From an uncultured Bacilli bacterium (GTDB taxonomy: Bacteria > Bacillota_I > Bacilli_A > RF39 > UBA660), in assembly GCA_949451605.1 (NCBI GenBank), contig CASTSB010000003.1:33326-97325 (forward strand): DNA of 64,000 nt, written 5' to 3'. The notes under the pieces are model-generated. The model was not told the origin of the DNA. It saw only the letters and a program-made list of their open reading frames with translations, and did no database searches. Each line of letters starts with the position of its first letter. The stretch's first letter is position 1. This document shows positions 8,937 through 19,238 of this stretch, one piece after another. The translations under genes and the position numbers were made by a program.

Positions 8937-11900
8937 ATGAAAAGAAAATATTTAATTTGTTTTTTTATGATATTTGCTTTCTTTTTAATAAATATTAAAG
9001 AAGTAAAAGCTTTTGATAAATCTAATTATGAAAATAGAAATCTTTGTGGAAACTTTGAAGTAGCAGGCTTTCATTCAGATGGACAAATAGTTCCTGTAAG
9101 TTGTAACAACACATATGAGGAAGCCAAATCCTTCATGCAAAATAATGGGGCAGACGATCTAGCGATTATGACAAGAGTAAATGGTAAAGCTAAAATAATT
9201 GATGCCAATGTCGCTCTTGCTGATTTAAGTATTAATACAAATGTAAACTACATTACTTTTCATAATACTGTAAGTGCAGCTGAGTTTAAAACAAATGGTT
9301 ATACTTATATGAATACAACATCTACTTATGGTGGAGTTGATGCTGGATTTATTGGCTCTTCATATTATAATGAAAATGGAAGTATAGTATGGGTGGCTAA
9401 AGTGCGAATAGCTAATTATACAGGTTGGATACACCAAGATACTTATGAGTTAGTTCCAATTACTTGGATAAAATCAAAAAGTAGTTATACGGTATCTAAT
9501 GATTCAATAAGACATAATTATGTAAGTAAAATTCAAAATGATTATAGTGGAGGAAGCGGAAGAACAATTGGACCAAAACCAACTATGCTATCTCCTGGAA
9601 CATATTATAGTTATGATGGTCATTACTTTTATAATGATTTAACTAAACTAATAAAAGATTATAGAAATAATAGTTATTCTAATTCAGTAAATAAAGATAA
9701 CAAATATTATAATTATTATATGTATTTATCTAATCATTCAAAGACAACTTATTCAAGTATTAATTTAGATGAGTACATTAGAAATAATATGGGATATCGC
9801 TATGATGCATACGGAACTAAAGCAGAAGCAGGTGCATCAAAATTATATGGAAAGGGAACTTTCTTCTACCATGCACAAGAAAAATATGGAGCAAATGCAT
9901 TACTTTCCTTAAGTTTAAGTAGAAATGAAACAGGAAATGGAACAAGCTCTATAGTACTTTGGAAAAACAATGGATTTGGTCTAAATGCCTATGACCAAAA
10001 TCCAGGAATTTCTGCAGGGTGGTATGCATCATTTGAAACTAGTATACTATCTTATGCAGATAAATGGATTACAAATAAAGGATATGCTTATGCAGAGGAT
10101 GGTAGATATTTTGGCCCTCAATTTGGAGATAAGTTTATAGGAATGAATGTAAGATATGCCTCTGATCCTTATTGGAGTGAAAAAATGGCTTCTAATTATT
10201 ATGATTTTGATAGATCAAAAGGTTTGCAAGATTATAACTATTATCAATTAGGTGTTATTACAGAGTGGGCAACTCAAACTTATTCAAGTCCATCAACATC
10301 AGCTAAAAAAGTATATAAGTATCCTGAACCTGAGGATGCTGTTCTAATTGTTTCAGAAGTAACAGGTACAACAGTTAATGGAAATAATAAATGGTATGGA
10401 GTAATGCCAGATGTTAATTTAAATGATAATTATGACAAAAAAGATGGAGATTATAATTGGAATAAAATAGTATATGTACCTGCATGTTATGTAAGAAAGA
10501 TAAATCAAGGAAAAAATGGCTATATCTCTCCAAACTCAGTTACTGAATATAAAGATAGTAAATATAGCTATGACTTATTAGTAGGAAGAGATTCAAAAGA
10601 TAATGCTGAATTTCAACCTAAAGTTGGTATTTCTATAAAAAAGGCAGGATATCATTATGAACCAACTCTAGATAATTGGATTGGTTTATCATTAGAAGAA
10701 GATAGATATGTAATGATTTATAATATTGCATATGATGAAAATAAAAAGGTTAAATCTTATCAAGTTTCATCTGATCATATGAGAGGTCAAAAACACTGGG
10801 TAGATGCTAGTGCCATTCAAATAGTGAATAAGGCTTATGGAAGAAGTTACATCTCATTAAGCGGAAATCAATATACATGGGTAAACTCAAAACCAGAAGA
10901 TACAAAAGCAACGTTAATAAGTGGTTTCTACGATGATGTTTATTTTCCAGTACTTGAGGAATTAGTAGTAGATGGGAAAAAATGGTATAAAGTTCCAGTT
11001 GATCTTGCAAATACTAATGAAAGATATGGTTGGACTTTAGCCGAAGCTCCTAATGTTCAAATCAAAGTTACTGGTAGCATTAATCAAAATAATGCACCAA
11101 CTATAACTGCAAACAATAAATCAATAGTTCAAGGAACTAACATTAATCTTTTAGATGGTATAACTGCTCATGATGCAGAAGATGGAGATTTAACAAGTAA
11201 GATTAAAGTATCTGGTACAGTAAATAAAGATGTTGTTGGTGAGTACAAAATAACTTATTCAGTAACAGACTCTAGCAATTCTACTACAACAAAAGAAATA
11301 ACTATTAAAGTAACTAAAAATAATCTTCCAGTAATTGAGGCATCTGATTTAGAAGTAACTGTTAATCATGAATTAAAAGAAAATTATAAAGCTACGGACA
11401 TAGAAGATGGAGATATAACTAGTAAAGTTAAAAAAATAAAAAATAATGTAAATGTAAATGCAATTGGTGAATATGAAATAACTTATTCAGTAACAGATAG
11501 TTATAATCAAACTGTTGAAAAAACTATTAAAGTTAAAGTAGTAAAAGATGAAAATCCAGTTATAATAGCAAGCAATAAAACTATAGCAATAAACGAAAAG
11601 TTTAATGCTAAAGATGGAGTTACTGCAGAAGACAAAGAAGATGGTAATTTAACATCTAAAATTACAGTAATAAAAAATACTGTTGATACTTCTAAAAAAG
11701 GAACTTATGAAGTAACCTACCAAGTAAAAGATTCTGCAGATAATACAACTACATTAACAATAAAAGTTGAGGTTGTTGAAAAAGCATTAGATAAAAAAGA
11801 TGGATATTTCTTCATAAGACACCTAAATGTTTCAAATGGAAAAATTATTATTCAAGGTTATCAAACAATACTTGGAATTAATAATAATTTAGATACCAAT

Positions 11901-12728
11901 ATTGTCTATAAAGTAAATTTAGTTAATACTTCAACAAATGAAGAAAAAGAATTTCCAGCAACAAGAATTACAAATGAAAAAGACATTCCTACAAAAGTTT
12001 ATTCACCAGATGGAAAAGACTATACTTACTCATGGTTTAATTTTGAGTTAGATGTTGATAACTTATCTTTAGGTGATTATAAAATGTATATTTCTGCATC
12101 AACTAAAGATTATTATTCAGAATCGCTAATTGTAAATAAAACATACAGTCCACAAGCAACATATGTTAAATCAAAAAATCAAAATGCCATTATAAATAAT
12201 AATTATTCTACAAAAAATACATATATTGAATTGAAAGTAAGAGAAGAGGTACTAATTGAAAAAACAAGTTCATATACTTATAATCAATATGATCAATTTT
12301 ATACAATAGAATTTACAAATGATAATAAATTACATTTACGTGGAAATTCTTATTCTTATGGGATGGACTTAAATAAAAATGCAAAAATAGAAAGAAAGAT
12401 AATTTTTGAAGATTCTAAAACATTTAAAACATATCGAAAAGATTTAGGAAGTATTATAGATGGAAATTATCCAGTAAAACTTCCAGTAGATGATAAGCTA
12501 GATAAAACAAGAGCGTGGTATGATACAAATATTGATATATCAGATTTACCAGTTGGAAATTACATAATCTATATATCTACTAAGGCTAATATTAATGATG
12601 TTTATCAATTTACAGAAATGCTAGGAAGAAGCTTAGATAACGTAAAGAAAACTATAAATGGTAAAAATTACTCATTTAAATTAAACAAAGAAAAGGGAAG
12701 CAGAATAGAACTTAATATAACAAAATAG
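8937..12728 (+). CDS. large secreted cell-wall hydrolase: N-acetylglucosaminidase (LytD/GH73-like) domain plus three Ig-like (DUF5011-type) repeats
   Basis: Signal peptide MKRKYLICFFMIFAFFLINIKEVKA. Glucosaminidase-like block YGANALLSLSLSRNETGNGTSSIVLWKNNGFGLNAYD. Three repeats of about 77 aa with the pattern DGxTAxDxEDGDLTSKI...GEYxITYSVTDS. Confidence 0.65.
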   Translation: MKRKYLICFFMIFAFFLINIKEVKAFDKSNYENRNLCGNFEVAGFHSDGQIVPVSCNNTYEEAKSFMQNNGADDLAIMTRVNGKAKIIDANVALADLSINTNVNYITFHNTVSAAEFKTNGYTYMNTTSTYGGVDAGFIGSSYYNENGSIVWVAKVRIANYTGWIHQDTYELVPITWIKSKSSYTVSNDSIRHNYVSKIQNDYSGGSGRTIGPKPTMLSPGTYYSYDGHYFYNDLTKLIKDYRNNSYSNSVNKDNKYYNYYMYLSNHSKTTYSSINLDEYIRNNMGYRYDAYGTKAEAGASKLYGKGTFFYHAQEKYGANALLSLSLSRNETGNGTSSIVLWKNNGFGLNAYDQNPGISAGWYASFETSILSYADKWITNKGYAYAEDGRYFGPQFGDKFIGMNVRYASDPYWSEKMASNYYDFDRSKGLQDYNYYQLGVITEWATQTYSSPSTSAKKVYKYPEPEDAVLIVSEVTGTTVNGNNKWYGVMPDVNLNDNYDKKDGDYNWNKIVYVPACYVRKINQGKNGYISPNSVTEYKDSKYSYDLLVGRDSKDNAEFQPKVGISIKKAGYHYEPTLDNWIGLSLEEDRYVMIYNIAYDENKKVKSYQVSSDHMRGQKHWVDASAIQIVNKAYGRSYISLSGNQYTWVNSKPEDTKATLISGFYDDVYFPVLEELVVDGKKWYKVPVDLANTNERYGWTLAEAPNVQIKVTGSINQNNAPTITANNKSIVQGTNINLLDGITAHDAEDGDLTSKIKVSGTVNKDVVGEYKITYSVTDSSNSTTTKEITIKVTKNNLPVIEASDLEVTVNHELKENYKATDIEDGDITSKVKKIKNNVNVNAIGEYEITYSVTDSYNQTVEKTIKVKVVKDENPVIIASNKTIAINEKFNAKDGVTAEDKEDGNLTSKITVIKNTVDTSKKGTYEVTYQVKDSADNTTTLTIKVEVVEKALDKKDGYFFIRHLNVSNGKIIIQGYQTILGINNNLDTNIVYKVNLVNTSTNEEKEFPATRITNEKDIPTKVYSPDGKDYTYSWFNFELDVDNLSLGDYKMYISASTKDYYSESLIVNKTYSPQATYVKSKNQNAIINNNYSTKNTYIELKVREEVLIEKTSSYTYNQYDQFYTIEFTNDNKLHLRGNSYSYGMDLNKNAKIERKIIFEDSKTFKTYRKDLGSIIDGNYPVKLPVDDKLDKTRAWYDTNIDISDLPVGNYIIYISTKANINDVYQFTEMLGRSLDNVKKTINGKNYSFKLNKEKGSRIELNITK
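11091..11783 (+). repeat. three tandem ~231-nt coding repeats (Ig-like DUF5011-type domains)
   Basis: Repeat units start near 11091, 11322 and 11553. The peptides share xxDGDxTSK(I/V)...G(E/T)YE(I/V)TY(S/Q)V(T/K)DS. Confidence 0.75.
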
Positions 12729-12784
12729 AAAGGAAGCTTCCTTTTCCTTAATTATTTCACTTATATAATAAGGATGGTGAATCT

Positions 12785-14641
12785 ATGAAAAAACAAGAAC
12801 AAAAAATGGAAGAAAAATTAGACAAAAAAGATTTAAAAGTAAAAAATAAGAATAATCCGATAGTTGATGCTTTAACAATAATCACAATCATAGTAAGTCT
12901 TGCATATTTTCTTATTTTAATATTTAAAGGGGAAATAGAACTAAGATTAACTAATATGATAAGTGGTATTTTGTTAGTTTTATTTACTATTGTTTATGGT
13001 ACTACTCTTATAACTAATAAAAAGAATAATGCTAAATTGATAATTTGCAGCAATCTTTTACTAATTACATTTTTTACTTATGGAATAGTTAATACACTTA
13101 ATATAATTGATTTTGTTAATTCAAATACTGTAACAAATTTCTCTTCTAAAGATTTAACTTATGTAATGGAATGGGGAACAGATAATAAAATTGAAGTAGA
13201 ACAAATATATGAATATAGTGATATTGTTCCTGAATACCATGTAATAAGTCAAAATTATAAAGAAGGAACTGCTTTAGATAAAGTAAAAAAATTAATTGTT
13301 TCTATTAGTGAAGGACCTAATCCTTATAAAGAAATAATTATTCCTAGTATGGTAACATGGAATAGTGAAGATGTTCTTGATTATATAGAAGAAAATCACT
13401 TATCAAATGTTAAATTTGAATTTAAGACAGATTCAGCTCCTGAAAATACAGTGATTGAACAAAATATAAATGGAACAATAAAAAGAAATGATGAATTAAA
13501 ACTAACTTTTTCTCTAGGAGAAAAAAGGGATTATGAAGAAGTAAAATTAATTGATTTTACTAAAATGAGTAAATTAAGAGTTGAATTCTATTTAAAACGA
13601 CATGGCTTAAGATACGAATTTAGTGAAGACTTTCATGAAAGTATAAAAGCAAACTATGCTATCAGTCAAGAACAAAAACCTGGAACAGTAATTAAAGTCG
13701 ATGATGAGAAAGTTAAAGTTGTAATCAGTAAAGGACCTAAGGTAAAAGTTCCAGATCTTACAAAAATGTCTACTAAAGAAATAACAGATTGGATTATTAA
13801 AAATAAATTAAAATTGAAATTTAAAGATAGATATGATGATAATGTTAAAGAAAACAATATAATTGAAGCAAGTTTCAAAAAAGATGAAATAATTAAACAA
13901 GGAACTACTGTTGAAATCATTCTTTCAAAAGGTCAATTAAAGATGAAAAAATTTGATAAATTAAGTGACTTCCTAGAATGGGCTAGTAAATATAACATAA
14001 AATATGAAGAACAGCATGAATTTAGTGATACAGTTCCAATTGGAGAAATAATTTCTTATTCATATAAAAAAGGTGATGTCATTAAAAATAATGATACAAT
14101 AATAATTAAGATATCCGATGGAAAGAAAATTGAAGTTCCTAATTTAAAAGGATTAACTAAAAAAGAAATTTCATCTAAATTAGATAAATTAAATCTTAAC
14201 TATAATTTTGTATATAAATCAAGTAATGATGTACCTGAAGGAAAGGCAATTTCACAATCAATTAGTAGTGGATCAGAAGTATCAAGTAAAACTACTATTA
14301 CTATCACAATAAGTAGTGGAAAACCTAAAAACAAACCATCAGGTTCTAACAGTGGCTCTTCTGGAAATTCTAATAGTGGTAACAGTGGAGGAGGCAATCA
14401 ACCAGTAACTCCAAGTTGTGATAAATCAAAAGGAAGTAATTTAATTATTCAAGCAGGTCATTCAGGAGCAGAGACTATTACCATGATTAAATCATTAAAC
14501 CCAAATCATAAATTTAGTTTTAGCAAAGTTCATGCATGTTCTAATGGAGATACAGCTCCAGGAACAGTATGCAATGGAGCAGCACTATTTAATGCTTGGA
14601 AAAATTATTGTGATACTATAAGTATTCAAGTAGTAGAATAA
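12785..14641 (+). CDS. membrane protein with six tandem PASTA-like domains, Ser/Gly linker and Cys-rich C-terminal domain
   Basis: Three N-terminal TMs. Six units of about 65-70 aa end in ISEGPNP / FSLGEK / VISKGPK / ILSKGQ / KISDGKK / ITISSGKP with VPDL/VPNL starts. Then SGSNSGSSGNSNSGNSGGGN and an 80-aa tail with 5 Cys. No kinase or transpeptidase motif. Confidence 0.6.
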   Translation: MKKQEQKMEEKLDKKDLKVKNKNNPIVDALTIITIIVSLAYFLILIFKGEIELRLTNMISGILLVLFTIVYGTTLITNKKNNAKLIICSNLLLITFFTYGIVNTLNIIDFVNSNTVTNFSSKDLTYVMEWGTDNKIEVEQIYEYSDIVPEYHVISQNYKEGTALDKVKKLIVSISEGPNPYKEIIIPSMVTWNSEDVLDYIEENHLSNVKFEFKTDSAPENTVIEQNINGTIKRNDELKLTFSLGEKRDYEEVKLIDFTKMSKLRVEFYLKRHGLRYEFSEDFHESIKANYAISQEQKPGTVIKVDDEKVKVVISKGPKVKVPDLTKMSTKEITDWIIKNKLKLKFKDRYDDNVKENNIIEASFKKDEIIKQGTTVEIILSKGQLKMKKFDKLSDFLEWASKYNIKYEEQHEFSDTVPIGEIISYSYKKGDVIKNNDTIIIKISDGKKIEVPNLKGLTKKEISSKLDKLNLNYNFVYKSSNDVPEGKAISQSISSGSEVSSKTTITITISSGKPKNKPSGSNSGSSGNSNSGNSGGGNQPVTPSCDKSKGSNLIIQAGHSGAETITMIKSLNPNHKFSFSKVHACSNGDTAPGTVCNGAALFNAWKNYCDTISIQVVE

Positions 14642-14670
14642 GTAGTCATTTGACTACTTATTTATTTTTA
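14639..14670 (+). terminator. intrinsic terminator
   Basis: TAAGTAGTC-ATTT-GACTACTTA (9 bp) followed by a T-rich tract. Confidence 0.6.
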
Positions 14671-14674
14671 ATGA

Positions 14675-14683
14675 TGATATAAT
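14675..14683 (+). promoter_or_regulatory. extended -10 element TGATATAAT
   Basis: 17 nt upstream of ATG 14700, just after the terminator at 14639. Confidence 0.45.
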
Positions 14684-14699
14684 AAATATAGGTGATAAC

Positions 14700-15923
14700 A
14701 TGGAAAATAAAATAAAGAAGAATTTATCAAAGATAATTGAAGTATTTATATTAATGCAACCTTTTATAGATTTATTAACAGGAATACTTGTTCATAATAA
14801 TGTTAATTTAACACTAGGAATTATTATAAGGACAGTTTTCTTAGCTTTTGTAATGTTAATAACTGTATTTATATTTAAAAAGAAAAATGCTTTATTTGTT
14901 TATTTAGCTTTAGCATTATATTCAATATTTTATTTATTAGGAATTATAATTTATAAAGACGGAGTGGGCTTATTTTATGAAATACAGGGTTTATTTAAAA
15001 TAATATATTTTCCAATTTTGCTTTATTCATTATATTGTCTAAAAGATTATATAAACATAAATATTAATACATTATATAAAACACTAATTATTTATATATT
15101 AATGATTTTTATTCCTACATTTTTAGATGTAGGATATAAAACTTATGAAGTAACAAAAAAAGGTTCACTTGGATTTTTTAATTCTGCTAACGAAATTAGT
15201 GGAATAATATCATTATTAACGCCAATAATTTTTATAAAATTAAAAGAAAAAAAACATTTATTTCTACAAAGTTTATTTTTTATTATTTATTTAATAACTA
15301 TTTTAAATATGGGAACTAAGACACCTCTTCTTTCTTTAGGAATAACAATAGGGTTTATCTTTGGATTTATTATAATTAATGCTATAAAGAAAAAAAATTA
15401 TCGAATATTATCAGCTTTTATAATCACTTTTATAGTCATTTTTACAAGTATTTTATTATTACTTCCTAGAACTAATTTCTATAAAAATATCAAAACTCAT
15501 ATGGATTTTCTCGGTGTAGAAAGCATTAGTGAAGTGTTTACAGAATTTAATTTAGTAGATCATTTTATTTTTAGTCAGCGCCTAACTTTTCTAAGTGATG
15601 AAAATTATTTATTTAAGAACTCGAGTACTTATCAAAAAGTATTTGGAAGAGGTTATTTAAATCAAGGAGAAGAAACTAAATTAATCGAAATGGATTACTT
15701 TGATGTTTTCTATCATCATGGAATTATAGGATTTATCATTTTCTTTATAATATATGGAATAGTTGTTATTAAAACATTAAATAAAAAGAAAAAAACTGAT
15801 TTTAATCAAATAATGCTATATACATCATTTTTATTAATTTTAACACTATCGCTATTTAGTGGTCATATTATAATTGCTCCTTCTGTAAACATAATTGTTA
15901 TATCTTTAATTTTAAAACTATAA
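14700..15923 (+). CDS. O-antigen ligase/polymerase-like (Wzy_C-type) polytopic membrane protein
   Basis: About 10 TM segments. EMDYFDVFYHHGIIGFIIFF resembles the Wzy_C/O-antigen ligase loop-helix motif. Sits at the head of the polysaccharide locus. Confidence 0.45.
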   Translation: MENKIKKNLSKIIEVFILMQPFIDLLTGILVHNNVNLTLGIIIRTVFLAFVMLITVFIFKKKNALFVYLALALYSIFYLLGIIIYKDGVGLFYEIQGLFKIIYFPILLYSLYCLKDYINININTLYKTLIIYILMIFIPTFLDVGYKTYEVTKKGSLGFFNSANEISGIISLLTPIIFIKLKEKKHLFLQSLFFIIYLITILNMGTKTPLLSLGITIGFIFGFIIINAIKKKNYRILSAFIITFIVIFTSILLLLPRTNFYKNIKTHMDFLGVESISEVFTEFNLVDHFIFSQRLTFLSDENYLFKNSSTYQKVFGRGYLNQGEETKLIEMDYFDVFYHHGIIGFIIFFIIYGIVVIKTLNKKKKTDFNQIMLYTSFLLILTLSLFSGHIIIAPSVNIIVISLILKL

Positions 15924-15924
15924 A

Positions 15925-15951
15925 AGCTTCATTTAATTATGAAGTTTTTTC
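15925..15951 (+). terminator. intrinsic terminator (weak)
   Basis: CTTCAT-TTAATT-ATGAAG followed by TTTTTT. Confidence 0.4.
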
Positions 15952-16027
15952 TTTACATCTATTTTAGAGAAAGTTGTATAAATTTTTAAAGTGTTTTATA
16001 ATAATATTGATGAAAGCGAGGAAGAAG

Positions 16028-16882
16028 ATGCAAAAGAAAATAGGAATTGTTATAATAAATTATAATGATTATAAGACAACAAAAAGACTTTTAAATAACA
16101 TAAAAGATTATAAATGCTTAAAACATATAGTTGTAGTAGATAACAATTCTACTGACAATTCTTTTGATAAATTGAAAGAGTTTGAAAGTAACCGAATCAC
16201 TATAATTAAAAATAGTAGTAGACATTTCTCTTCAGGGTTAAATGTAGGTGCTAAATGCTTAATTAAAAAAGTAGGAAAATGTAATATAATTTTTTCCAAC
16301 TCAGATGTCATCATTAAAGGTGAGGAAGACTTAGAACAACTTTCATCAGATATTAAAGAAGATGTAGTGGTAGTAGGACCAACAATTAATGAACATGGTG
16401 TATTAAATAGAGGGTGGCGCCTCCCAAGCACTAATTTGGAAATACTATTCAATCTTCCACTTATCAGTAGATACTTTAAAAAGAAAAAACTTTTATATAA
16501 GGACGAACATTTTAATAGTGATTTATCAGAAGTTGATGTTGTTTCAGGTTGCTTCTTTATGGTTGAAAGTACTTTTTTAGAAAGTGTTGATTTCTTTGAT
16601 GAGACAACTTTCTTATATTACGAAGAACAAATATTCTCAAAAAAAGTTAAAAACAAAAATAAAAAAGAAGTAATTGATAATAACGTTCATATTATTCATG
16701 ATCATTCAGTGTCTATTGATAAAAGTATCAAAAAAATCGGAAAACATCGCATATTAAAAACTTCTCAAAGATATTATTGTAAAAAATATCTACATGCGAA
16801 CCCATTTCAAATGGCTCTACTTCATATTACAGACAAATTTTATGTATTAACATTGTATATAAGAGCCATCTTTGAAAGGTAA
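16028..16882 (+). CDS. glycosyltransferase family 2
   Basis: IGIVIINYNDYKTTKRLL...VVVDNNSTDNS (GT-A DxD-type N-terminus). ATG at 16028 is preceded by GAGGAAGAAG; the track start at 15974 is an upstream extension. Confidence 0.7.
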   Translation: MQKKIGIVIINYNDYKTTKRLLNNIKDYKCLKHIVVVDNNSTDNSFDKLKEFESNRITIIKNSSRHFSSGLNVGAKCLIKKVGKCNIIFSNSDVIIKGEEDLEQLSSDIKEDVVVVGPTINEHGVLNRGWRLPSTNLEILFNLPLISRYFKKKKLLYKDEHFNSDLSEVDVVSGCFFMVESTFLESVDFFDETTFLYYEEQIFSKKVKNKNKKEVIDNNVHIIHDHSVSIDKSIKKIGKHRILKTSQRYYCKKYLHANPFQMALLHITDKFYVLTLYIRAIFER

Positions 16883-16901
16883 TTACAATTAGGAGGTAAT
16901 T

Positions 16902-17780
16902 ATGAAAGGAATTATTTTAGCTGGAGGAAGTGGAACAAGACTTTATCCAATTACTGAAGGTATCAGTAAACAATTAATGCCAATTTATGATAAGCCAATG
17001 ATTTTTTATCCTCTTGCAACTTTAATGTTAGCAGGAATTAAAGATATTTTGGTTATCACAACCCCAGAAGATCAGGCGCAATTTAAAAAATTATTAAAAG
17101 ATGGAAGTGAGTTTGGAATAAACTTAACTTACAAAGAGCAACCATCACCAGATGGACTTGCCCAAGCATTTATTATCGGAGAGGAATTCATAGGCGATGA
17201 AGCTTGTGCAATGATTTTGGGAGATAATATTTTCTATGGAAATGGATTTAATAGTGTTTTGGAAAATGCAAAAGAAAATGCTATTAATGGAAAAGCAACT
17301 ATTTTTGGAAATCAAGTAAGAGACCCAGAACGTTTTGGTATTATGGAGTTAGATGAGAATAATAATGTACTGAGTGTAGAAGAAAAACCTGAAAATCCAA
17401 AATCTAATTATGCAATTACAGGCTTATACTTTTATCCAAAAGGTGTCTCAGAATTTGCAAAAACTATTAAGCCTTCACAAAGAGGAGAGTTAGAAATAAC
17501 TACATTAAATGATATATATAGAATGCAAGGAAATTTAAAGGCAGAAATATTAGAAGAAGGATTTACATGGTTTGATACTGGAACTTTTGATAGTGAATTA
17601 GATGCTGCAAATATGATTAGAACAATCGAAAACAATAAAGATAAAATCATTTGTTGTCCTGAACAAATTGCATATTATCGTGGATGGATTGATAAAGAAA
17701 AGTTACAAGAAAGAGCTACTTTATTAAGAAAAAACAATTATGGAAAATATTTACAAAAATTAATAGATGAAACAAAATAA
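16902..17780 (+). CDS. rfbA: glucose-1-phosphate thymidylyltransferase
   Basis: [35 protein letters not shown], full-length RmlA-type sequence with AGGAGG RBS. Confidence 0.95.
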   Translation: MKGIILAGGSGTRLYPITEGISKQLMPIYDKPMIFYPLATLMLAGIKDILVITTPEDQAQFKKLLKDGSEFGINLTYKEQPSPDGLAQAFIIGEEFIGDEACAMILGDNIFYGNGFNSVLENAKENAINGKATIFGNQVRDPERFGIMELDENNNVLSVEEKPENPKSNYAITGLYFYPKGVSEFAKTIKPSQRGELEITTLNDIYRMQGNLKAEILEEGFTWFDTGTFDSELDAANMIRTIENNKDKIICCPEQIAYYRGWIDKEKLQERATLLRKNNYGKYLQKLIDETK

Positions 17781-17789
17781 GGAGTTTAA

Positions 17790-19229
17790 ATGAATAAAAT
17801 AGAAACAGAATTAAAAGATTGTTATATCCTTGAACCACAAAGATTTGGTGATGAAAGAGGATATTTTGAATCAGTTACTAAAGAAGATTTAGAAAGTTTA
17901 GGCTTTAAAGGAATATATCAAGTAAGCAATTCTAAAAGTGGAAAGGGCATTGTAAGAGGACTACATTTCCAAAAAAATCCTTATGCTCAAGCAAAAGTAG
18001 TAAGATGCCATAGAGGAGCAGTTTTGGATGTAGTAGTTGACATGAGAAAAGATTCAGAAAGCTATGGAAAATGGACAAGTGTCGAATTAACTCCAGAAAA
18101 TGGAAGAATGCTTTTTGTTCCACGTGGTTTTGCTCATGGCTTTGTTGCTCTAAAAGATGATACTTTATTTGAATATTATGTAGATAATAAATATATGCCA
18201 AGAATGGAGGGGGGAATTCTTTGGAATGATCCTGAACTTGGAATTAATTGGGATGAAATCTTTGCAAAGTACGATATTAAAGAACCAGTTTTATCTGCAA
18301 AAGATAAAGATAGAATTACATTAAAAGAATGTGATGTAGATTTTAGAAGAGAGCCTATTAGATATTTAGTAACAGGTTACAATGGACAATTAGGATATGA
18401 TATAGTTAAAGAACTAAATGAGCGAGGAGAAACTGAAGTACTTGCTCTAGATCGTACAGAGATGGATATAACTAACAAAGAACAAGTAGATAAAATTATA
18501 AAATCTTACAAACCAGATGTAATCTTCCATTGTGCAGCATGGACTGCAGTTGATAAAGCAGAAGACGAAATAGATGCATGTACAAAAGTTAATGTTGAAG
18601 GTACTAAAAATCTAACAGAAGCATCAATAGAAGTAGGTGCGAAAATAATTTATATTTCAACTGACTATGTATTCGATGGAACAAAAGAAGGATTATATAC
18701 TGAAAATGATTTACCAAATCCACAAAGTGTATATGGAAAGACAAAATACTTAGGCGAAGAGGAAGTTAAGAAAAATCCAAACCACTTTATTGCAAGAATT
18801 TCATGGGTATTTGGAATTAATGGAAATAACTTTATTAAAACCATGTTAAAACTATCGGAAAATCATGAAAGCCTAAATGTTGTAAATGACCAAATAGGAA
18901 GTCCAACTTACACAGTTGATTTATCAAAACTTTTAGTTGAAATGTCACAAACTAATAAGTATGGAACATATCATATAAACAATGATGGATATTGTTCTTG
19001 GGCTGATTTTGCTAAATACATTTTTGAAAGTAATAATAAAAAGACAACAGTTAATGGAGTCTCTACTGAAGAGTATTTAGAAATAACTAACACAAAACAA
19101 GCATATCGTCCTAGAAACTCAAAATTAGATAAGTCTAAGCTTATTGAAAATGGATTTGAAATGTTACCATCATGGCAAGATGCAACAGATAGATATTGTA
19201 AAGAATTAAAGAAAAATAAAAAATATTAG
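17790..19229 (+). CDS. rfbCD: fused dTDP-4-dehydrorhamnose 3,5-epimerase / dTDP-4-dehydrorhamnose reductase
   Basis: N-terminal ~185 aa are RmlC-like (FGDERGYFES...RGLHFQ...KVVRCHRGAVLDVVVD...FVPRGFAHGF). From about nt 18355 the sequence is RmlD-like (YLVTGYNGQLG...DVIFHCAAWTAVDKAE...YISTDYVFDG). One uninterrupted 479-codon ORF. Confidence 0.85.
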   Translation: MNKIETELKDCYILEPQRFGDERGYFESVTKEDLESLGFKGIYQVSNSKSGKGIVRGLHFQKNPYAQAKVVRCHRGAVLDVVVDMRKDSESYGKWTSVELTPENGRMLFVPRGFAHGFVALKDDTLFEYYVDNKYMPRMEGGILWNDPELGINWDEIFAKYDIKEPVLSAKDKDRITLKECDVDFRREPIRYLVTGYNGQLGYDIVKELNERGETEVLALDRTEMDITNKEQVDKIIKSYKPDVIFHCAAWTAVDKAEDEIDACTKVNVEGTKNLTEASIEVGAKIIYISTDYVFDGTKEGLYTENDLPNPQSVYGKTKYLGEEEVKKNPNHFIARISWVFGINGNNFIKTMLKLSENHESLNVVNDQIGSPTYTVDLSKLLVEMSQTNKYGTYHINNDGYCSWADFAKYIFESNNKKTTVNGVSTEEYLEITNTKQAYRPRNSKLDKSKLIENGFEMLPSWQDATDRYCKELKKNKKY

Positions 19230-19238
19230 GAGGTAAAT

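Noticed and set aside
15974-16027. Upstream start extensions in the track for several genes: 15974 vs 16028, 25707 vs 25737, 29570 vs 29585, 30752 vs 30758, 34793 vs 34832, 8747 vs 8729, 44205 vs 44190, 3063 vs 3072.
   Set aside because: In each case the longer version begins inside or upstream of an obvious Shine-Dalgarno sequence that is correctly spaced for the internal ATG. In some cases it also overlaps the preceding gene.
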